This document shows, in pieces, positions 57,552 through 64,000 of a stretch of DNA of 64,000 nt (the first letter of the stretch is position 1; every line of letters starts with the position of its first letter). Source of the DNA: an uncultured Actinomycetes bacterium (GTDB taxonomy: Bacteria > Actinomycetota > Thermoleophilia > UBA2241); the NCBI GenBank assembly GCA_963755025.1, contig CAVWIH010000013.1:1-64000 (forward strand), written 5' to 3'. The notes beneath the pieces are model-generated. The model was given only the letters and a program-made list of their open reading frames with translations. It ran no database searches and was not told the origin of the DNA. Both the position numbers and the translations under genes were made by a program.

Positions 57552-58319
57552 TCACTCGGACCGCTTGCTCGCGCTGACCAGGGGCGAATGATGGCCCGGC
57601 AGGCCGTACCAGGTCCGCCAGTCGAGCCTGCGTACAGAGACGTCTGTGCCTCCGGCGAGACGCAGCGTCTCGACGTAGCGCTCAGCGCCGGGGGGGTCGA
57701 CCAGGCGCAGCCGGCCACCGGGCCGCAGCACCCGGACCATCTCGCGCAGGGCTTGGTCGCGGCCCTCGCGGTCTGGGATGTTGTGAACCGTGAGGTTGCT
57801 CACCACGACATCGAAGGAGTCACATGGGAAGGGCAGGTCTCGCGCGTCTGCCTCGACGATCTCGACCTGCTGCTGCACACCCTCAAGAAGCGCATTGCGC
57901 TCGGCTGCGGCGCGGCTGTTGCCGTTCTGGTCGCGGCGCCGCCAAATGTCGGCACCGACGGCGCGGCCCTGCGGCAGGCGGTGGGCTGCGAGGATAAGGA
58001 CCGCGCCACGCCCGCAGCCGACGTCGAGAAGCTGCTCGTCGCCGCGCAGGCTAAGTTCGTCGAGCAGTTCGGCCCAGAGCGCGCGTTTGCCCGGGCCGGT
58101 CGAGTAGAGGAAGCTGGCGGCTGAACCGGCGACCACGCCGGTGGCGAGCCCGGACAGGGCGGCCGTGACGAACCGGCGGCGACGCAGGGCCCACAACGCG
58201 CAGCCCCCGAGCAACGTCCCGACGGTCGCAAACACCGAGACGCCGATGAATCCGCCTTCGATGCCGTACCCGGCGCGTTTGGTGCGACCCAGCGCCGCCC
58301 CTCTTACGAACTTCAGCAT
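57552..58319 (-). CDS. class I SAM-dependent methyltransferase with N-terminal TM
   Basis: LDVGCGRG, DARDLPF, VLRPGG. Confidence 0.9.
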   Translation of the reverse strand: MLKFVRGAALGRTKRAGYGIEGGFIGVSVFATVGTLLGGCALWALRRRRFVTAALSGLATGVVAGSAASFLYSTGPGKRALWAELLDELSLRGDEQLLDVGCGRGAVLILAAHRLPQGRAVGADIWRRRDQNGNSRAAAERNALLEGVQQQVEIVEADARDLPFPCDSFDVVVSNLTVHNIPDREGRDQALREMVRVLRPGGRLRLVDPPGAERYVETLRLAGGTDVSVRRLDWRTWYGLPGHHSPLVSASKRSE

Positions 58320-58642
58320 GAGGTCAGCCTAGCATCCGGTGGGGGCGAGGTCGACGGTACCGTGTAGCAGCGTCCGTGTATCAGAGCGTGGGTGTCCTGG
58401 TCAGCTCCCGGTGTCGGCCGTTGGTGGCCCGCGGCGAATGCGAGAGGCGAAGTCGGCCGGGCCCACTGACCCGATTGGGGAGCGGCCGCAGGCAGCGATT
58501 TCAGCGCTTAGGGGCCGCGAGGCTGTCGTAAATCCGCCCCACGCCGCGACGGCGCGCTGCTGGCCGCGTGGGGCGAGCGGGTCATCGGTGGAGTCGTCTC
58601 GCCCCGGCCGGCTGACGTTCACAAAAGGCGATTTGTCCGTCG

Positions 58643-59161
58643 TCAGAGTGTGGGCGTATCTGTCATCAGACGCACATCCTGCATCGGCATGAACAGGTGG
58701 AGAGGGTGCGTCGGCGACTCCTCAAAGCCGTAGCGCTCATAGAACCCACGAACGTGATCATCCTTGGCGTGAACCAGCACGGCTCGTGCTGCAATCGTGT
58801 CTGCTACTTGCGCGCAGCGTAACAAGGCGTTGACAAGCATCGCCTCTCCAGGCCGCTTACTTTGTTCCGACCGATCGACAGCCAGGCGCCCAATCAAGAA
58901 AACAGGGATAGTCGAGTAGCTCGGCGTTTCGGCCAAGCGGGGAGTGACCTCTGCCCGGTCGACCGACGATGCGGCAAGACTGTAGAAGGCAACGACTCGA
59001 CTGCCGCGGGGGGCGACGAACGTCCGCGCATTGTCGGCCTCCTGGTCAAGAACAGCTCGGCCCGTGAGGTAGCGGTTCAGGGCGTCGACACTGCAATCAA
59101 ACTCTCGGACGTCGTGACTGTTGTTTAGAGGCTCCGGTTCGAAAAGCGCTTCAGCGCTCAA
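58643..59161 (-). CDS. GNAT acetyltransferase toxin (TacT/AtaT-like)
   Basis: FDC..LNRYL, IGRLAVD, VHAKD, FYERYGF; follows a DUF1778-like C-terminus. Confidence 0.88.
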   Translation of the reverse strand: MSAEALFEPEPLNNSHDVREFDCSVDALNRYLTGRAVLDQEADNARTFVAPRGSRVVAFYSLAASSVDRAEVTPRLAETPSYSTIPVFLIGRLAVDRSEQSKRPGEAMLVNALLRCAQVADTIAARAVLVHAKDDHVRGFYERYGFEESPTHPLHLFMPMQDVRLMTDTPTL

Positions 59162-61178
59162 CGAACGGGCTCGGCCTAGAGGCGGCTGCCCTCAGGGCGT
59201 CAGGGACGCGCGCCGGCCGTTCCAACAGCGCCGTGAACTCGCTCCACTTGTCGGGCGGAAGAACAAATCGCGTCTGGTCTGCCAGAACGTCCTCAGCCGA
59301 GCGAAGCGCAGCCTGCCGCATGAACTGGCTAACCGGCACCTGGCTCGCCTTGCTAGTCGCCCAGATGCCATCGCCGCCGACCCAGCCCTGGCTTGCGTCG
59401 AGGAAGTGCACACAGGTCGGGTAGGCGCCAGCAGGCAGTGAGGAAACGGTCTTCCAGGTCGAGCCGCCGTTGGTGGTTTGCAGCACGGCTGGCGTGCTGG
59501 AGCCTTGGGCCACGGCCCAACCGTCGCTTGCGTTAAGGAACTGCAGGGCGCTGACGTCCTGCACGCCGGCGGGCAGCGTCTCGGCGCTCCAGCTCTGGCC
59601 GCCGTCGGTGGTCCTGTAGATGGCCGCCACCTCGGCACCGGAGTTCGTGCTGTAGTTGCCGCCGACCCAGCCCGTCGTATCGTCTGAGAAGCTGATGGCC
59701 GTCAGGCTGGGGTTGTCGGGCACGTACCCGGCGGCCCAGGCAGCACCGCCGTCGGTCGTGCGCTCGATGGCAGCGTTGGCCCCCGAGCCGAAGCCGAAGG
59801 GCATGTCGCTGATCGCCCAGCCATCGTTTGCGTCGGCGAACTGCACGCCGGTGAGCTCGCCGGCCAGGACCGAGGGCTGTGGCGACCAGGTCGTGCCGCC
59901 GTCGCTTGTGTGGAAGATCACGCCACTGGGTGGCTCAGCGATAGAGTTGGTGGCGCCCACCAGCCAGCCGTCGTTAGCGTCGGGGAAGCTCAGCGCGCTG
60001 AGCTGCTGGGACCACCTCAGCGGGCTTGCCTGCTCTGACCAGGTGGCGCCGTCTGTGCTGTGCAGCAAGGCACCGTTTTGATCGGCGGCCCACAGATCGG
60101 AAGATGTGACGGCGACACCGTCTTGCAGCCAGTAGAGCTGACCGGAGCTTTGCGCCTGCCAGGTGGCGCCATCGTCTGCGGAGGTCAGGATGCCCCGGCC
60201 GACGGCGCACAGCGAGGCGCCACTGCCGGCGACCGCCACGGGCTCGACAGACACCCCGACGTGGGCCATCGTCCAGTGAGTGCCGCCGTCGGTCGTGGTG
60301 GCCAGGGTGGAGACATATTGGGCGTTCTCGGGCAGGGCGCCTGCACTGCCGGAGACGATGCCGATCAGTGCACAGGACGAGCGACTCTGGGCGTACAACG
60401 CTCCGAGCCCCTCGTTGGGAAAGCGGCGGACCACCTTCCACTGCCGGCCGCCGTCGCTGGTCGCAAGGACGCTGGCGACCGTCTCGTTGCCGCTACTGTT
60501 CGCGAAGGCCCAGCCATGGTCTGCGTCGACAAACCTGCAGCCGGCGCCTTCGGCGAAGTGGCGCGCGACGAGGCTCCAGCTTGCTCCGCCGTTGGTCGTG
60601 CGCCACAGATCCCCCGTCAGCAGGCCACTTGCCCAACCGTGACTGGCATCGACGAAGTCGACGACGAGGTAGTCCTTGGAGGTGCCGACGTGCACGGCGC
60701 TCCAGGAGCTGCCGCCGTCTGTCGTGCGATACACATAGCCGCCGCTGCTGCCCAGCCAGCCGTGGAGGTCATCGACGAAGGAGACGCTCATCAGGTAGCG
60801 GCTCAGCCCCGCCGGTGTGCAGCTGCTCCAGGTGGAGCCGCCGTCGCTCGTTGTAACGACGGCAGAGGGGCCGCAGGCCCAGCCGTGCTGGGTGTCGGCA
60901 AAGCTCACTGAAGCGAGATCGGCGAGCGTACCCGACTGCTGCGCGCTCCAGGTCACACCGGCGTCGGTGCTGTGCAGGATCTCGCCGCCGGACCCCACCG
61001 CCCAGACATCGCTCGGGCTTGCGAAGGTGACATCGTTGAGATCGCCTGCCGGCTGCGGCGTCTGCCAGAACCAGCCCTGGGTGCCATCGTGGACAGAGGC
61101 GTGGGCCGCAGGAGCGGCCACTGCCGCCAGGCAGACAACGAGAATCGCGACGCAGACCGCAGACCAGAACCGCTTCAT
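59151..61178 (-). CDS. secreted YCF48/BNR-repeat protein fused in frame to the C-terminal part of a DUF1778-type antitoxin
   Basis: signal peptide, many TxDGGxxW repeats; from ~59350 VSQFMRQAALRSAEDVLADQTRFVL. Confidence 0.85.
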   Translation of the reverse strand: MKRFWSAVCVAILVVCLAAVAAPAAHASVHDGTQGWFWQTPQPAGDLNDVTFASPSDVWAVGSGGEILHSTDAGVTWSAQQSGTLADLASVSFADTQHGWACGPSAVVTTSDGGSTWSSCTPAGLSRYLMSVSFVDDLHGWLGSSGGYVYRTTDGGSSWSAVHVGTSKDYLVVDFVDASHGWASGLLTGDLWRTTNGGASWSLVARHFAEGAGCRFVDADHGWAFANSSGNETVASVLATSDGGRQWKVVRRFPNEGLGALYAQSRSSCALIGIVSGSAGALPENAQYVSTLATTTDGGTHWTMAHVGVSVEPVAVAGSGASLCAVGRGILTSADDGATWQAQSSGQLYWLQDGVAVTSSDLWAADQNGALLHSTDGATWSEQASPLRWSQQLSALSFPDANDGWLVGATNSIAEPPSGVIFHTSDGGTTWSPQPSVLAGELTGVQFADANDGWAISDMPFGFGSGANAAIERTTDGGAAWAAGYVPDNPSLTAISFSDDTTGWVGGNYSTNSGAEVAAIYRTTDGGQSWSAETLPAGVQDVSALQFLNASDGWAVAQGSSTPAVLQTTNGGSTWKTVSSLPAGAYPTCVHFLDASQGWVGGDGIWATSKASQVPVSQFMRQAALRSAEDVLADQTRFVLPPDKWSEFTALLERPARVPDALRAAASRPSPFVER

Positions 61179-61505
61179 GGTGTCCCCCCCAACTGGCTCG
61201 AATGCTGATGTCGATAGTACAGCCTTGCCGCTGGAAAGACAGAGCGCAGCCCAATAGCCAGACAACCAGCCATGGTGAACGACTGTGATGTCGTCATCAG
61301 GGGCGCCAACACCCCGATCGGCGGCAGAAAGCCGATAGTCATGAGCGCCAGCCGCTTGAAGTCGAGATTGCCGACACGATGCCGACAAGACGCATCGTCA
61401 CAGCCCGGCACGGCTCGATGCCTGTGAGCACCAGGCCACGCCAGAACCCTGGACTATGCAGCACAATCGCGTCCAGCCAAATACCGCCGGGCACTGTGAA
61501 GTCAC

Positions 61506-61551
61506 GTCTGCAAAACCTTAATCGCCGGTTCGACTCCGGCCGCCGCCTCCA
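61506..61551 (+). pseudogene. 3' half of tRNA-Cys(GCA), att-site remnant
   Basis: ctgcaaa anticodon loop, gccgg-ttcgact-ccggc T-arm, CCA; no 5' half. Confidence 0.85.
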
Positions 61552-61746
61552 AGAAAACACCTGCTCAGGGCGTTTTCTCTGCTCCGTGACCTCCCTCCCG
61601 AAGCCGTGATCGGCACCGCCGGCCCTTCGTGCAGCGCGGGCTTGGCGTGGCGCACCCGGTTCCCACTTGTCCTGCCGGCAGAAGCGAGTATGGTGCGCCC
61701 AGGCGGGCCGTCTTCACCCGCGCCCCACTTTCCGTAAGGAGGCAAC

Positions 61747-62283
61747 GTGACAGGTGAGGCAGGGCGTGTCGTGATGGGCGGCAGCTCCGGCATCGGCGAA
61801 GCGACGGCCAAGCTCTTCGCCGCGCGCGGCGCCGAGGTGGTCATAGCGGGTCGCGACGAGAGCAAGCTGGCGCGCGCCCAGGCAGCGTGCGGCGCGAGCA
61901 GGGCCGAGGTCGTCGATGGCACCGTGCCGGCCGCCCTCAACGCGTTCTTCGCGAAGCTGGGATCCTTCGACCATCTGGTGCTTTCTCAGAGCGGCGGCAA
62001 GGGAGCGGGAGCGTTCGGTCGACTCGAGCTTGGTGGGCTGCGCGCGGCCTTCGAGGCCAAGTTCTGGGCCTACGTGCAGATCCTCCAGGCGGCGCTGCCG
62101 ACGCTGCGTGCCTCGGCCACGCTGGTGAGTGCGGGCTCGGCCCGCGCCGCCTTGGCCGGCACCAGCGGTCTGGCGGCCATCAACGGCGCCCTTGAGGCGA
62201 TGGTCGCTCCCCTGGCCGGCAACGGCTTCATGATCGCTACCGTGGTCGAGGTCGACGGTGGGGGGCACCTCGCCCGGGGCTAG
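61747..62283 (+). pseudogene. SDR oxidoreductase with internal deletion
   Basis: GGSSGIG, VDGG; the RVNAVSPG segment is absent. Confidence 0.75.
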
Positions 62284-62538
62284 TGACCGTCAAGCGGCGC
62301 CAGGCGGGGCAAGGCGTCGCTGCCTGACTGCGAACACAGGCTCGGCGATCTGCACTGCCGCTTCGTCCTGAAGCCGTAACGTGTGGTGCAGCGCGGGCCC
62401 GCTCCGCACCAATTGAGCCTGGCTAGAGGTCGCTCCCGCTGCCGCAGCACCCTGCCTCGCGACCGGGACCGGTCGGCGTTCCCTTGTCCGGGGCAAAGAA
62501 ATGATCTACGGTACTATCGTCATGGTCTCGGAAGTCGA

Positions 62539-63438
62539 ATGGCAAGGCTGATCGGGATTGTCGAGCCCACCGCACAGCGGTCAGCGCCGCGCCTGCGGCT
62601 GCGCACCAAGCTGTTCGCCGGCCTGCTGGGCTTCGTCGCCGTGATCGTGCTCGTGCAGTTCGGCGCGTCGTTGCTGGCCGTGTCGCACAGCGTCCCCAGA
62701 GTCGATCGCGGGCCCACCGACCACCGCCTCGTGCTCGCCCTCTTCGTAGGTCTGGCGTTCGCGCTGCTCGCCGTCCTTGCGACGGGCGCCGTGTTCGGGC
62801 GGCCCGCGCAGCGCCTGCGCGCCGCGCTCGCAGGCCTGCTGAACGGCTGGTTCGCACGCCTGGCCCGACCGGCCCGGCTCACCGAGGTCCTCAACTGCAC
62901 GATCGAGCGCGCCGAGACCACTCACCAGCCGCTGTCCGAGGCCGTCATCTACGACACCGACACCGGCATCCTGGTGCACGCCAACGAGTTCGACCGGCGT
63001 CTCTCGCAAGAGTCCGCCCGTGCTGCGCGAGCGGGCCGGCCCCTTTCGCTCCTGCGCTTCGACATCGACCGCTTCGAGGCTCTCGTACGCGCGGTCGGCC
63101 ACCCCAGGGCCATGGACGCACTGCGTGAGGCGGCCCACATCTGGCGAGAGGGCGTGCGCGAGGGCGACGTCGTGTCGCTTTACGCAGGCGATGAGTTCGC
63201 CATCCTCCTGGCCGGCGTGACCTGCAGCCAGGCCGTCGCAGTCGCGGAGCGCCTGCGCGTTGCGGTCCATGCCGTGAACGCGACCCTCGCCTTGCCCACC
63301 GACCGGTCGTTCACCGTCTCCTTCGGCGTGAGCGCGCTCGACCCCGCAGGCTACGGCCCCGACGAAGCGACGCGGGCCTCTAAAGAGGCCCTGCGCCGCG
63401 CCAAGGCCGACGGTCGCGACCGCGTCTGCGTGGCCTGA
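62539..63438 (+). CDS. membrane GGDEF-domain protein with degenerate motif
   Basis: DIDRF, LYAGDEF, TVSFG, AKADGRDRV; two TM. Confidence 0.85.
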   Translation: MARLIGIVEPTAQRSAPRLRLRTKLFAGLLGFVAVIVLVQFGASLLAVSHSVPRVDRGPTDHRLVLALFVGLAFALLAVLATGAVFGRPAQRLRAALAGLLNGWFARLARPARLTEVLNCTIERAETTHQPLSEAVIYDTDTGILVHANEFDRRLSQESARAARAGRPLSLLRFDIDRFEALVRAVGHPRAMDALREAAHIWREGVREGDVVSLYAGDEFAILLAGVTCSQAVAVAERLRVAVHAVNATLALPTDRSFTVSFGVSALDPAGYGPDEATRASKEALRRAKADGRDRVCVA

Positions 63439-63749
63439 TACCGACCGGTCCGGCGGCCCGGCAAGCGCGCCGCCTTGTCTCGCGGCGGCGTGGCGCGGCC
63501 GGCTCGGGCAGGGTTGGCGTGGCCGACACGGGCAGCGTAAGGCGCTGCGACGACGGTCTTGCGGCGGCGTTCTCCTGACGATGCGGGTTCGCGGTCGCCG
63601 TGCGCCGATACTTTTCGGCGAAAGTCCCGTCTAATCGAACGGCAATGGCCAACCGATCGAGCCGGGACGGGACAGTGGCATCTGCGGAACAGGCTCTCGA
63701 GCCGGGCGCAACCCTCCCGCACAGCCGTCAGCTGTGGGAGACTGGCCTG

Positions 63750-64000
63750 GTGGCGGAGACCGCTGAGACCGACGCTCACCCGAAGGCCGCCAAAGGGGGA
63801 AACGGCGACGAGTTCGTCGACCTCTTCATGGCGCACGAGCGTCGCCTTCGACTGCTGGCGTTCGGTGTGCTGCGCGACCCCGACCTGGTCGACGATGCGC
63901 TCCAGGAGACCGCCTTGCGCGCCTTTCGCTCGCTGGGCAAGTTCCGTGGCGAAGCCCGCGTCGGCACCTGGCTGCACCGCATCGCTCTCCGCGTCTGCTT
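63750..64000 (+). CDS. ECF sigma-70 factor, runs off the window
   Basis: DDALQETALRAFRSLGKFRGEARVGTWLHRIA region 2. Confidence 0.85.
   Translation, partial: MAETAETDAHPKAAKGGNGDEFVDLFMAHERRLRLLAFGVLRDPDLVDDALQETALRAFRSLGKFRGEARVGTWLHRIALRVC

Larger units (their letters stand above)
39047..61551. mobile_element. Element 2: integrative element with cassette-like cargo and satellite-like core
   Basis: tandem TGCCGAC (11-bp period) at 39113-39130 and 61369-61386; integrase, AAA, ParB, methylase, terminase-small-like genes; tRNA fragments at both ends. Confidence 0.75.

Overview
High-GC actinobacterial-type DNA (lineage such as Thermoleophilia is my inference) made almost entirely of tandem integrative elements joined at tRNA 3' fragments. 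A class A PBP gene is followed by a tRNA-Arg(CCT) 3' half. Element 1 (~2230-39047, bounded by a 31-bp direct repeat) has a phage-satellite-like core (tyrosine integrase, regulators, excisionase, primase-helicase, iteron inverted repeat), a lower-GC MBL-hydrolase/membrane-protein operon, a ~21-kb anaerobic cobalamin (hem/cbi/cob) cluster with a NiCoT transporter and a Fur-family regulator whose candidate box overlaps three promoters, and cell-envelope cargo. Element 2 (~39047-61551, ending at a tRNA-Cys 3' half) has a related integrase, AAA ATPase, ParB-like, DNA methylase and terminase-small-like genes, a truncated IS481, a GNAT toxin and a split YCF48-repeat gene. Most striking: between its left att site and its integrase, unrelated co-oriented cargo genes are each followed by a degenerate copy of the integrase's own 3' end, giving an integron-like cassette array. 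Many single-base frameshifts may be sequencing errors. All family assignments are from motif recognition by eye; no searches were run.
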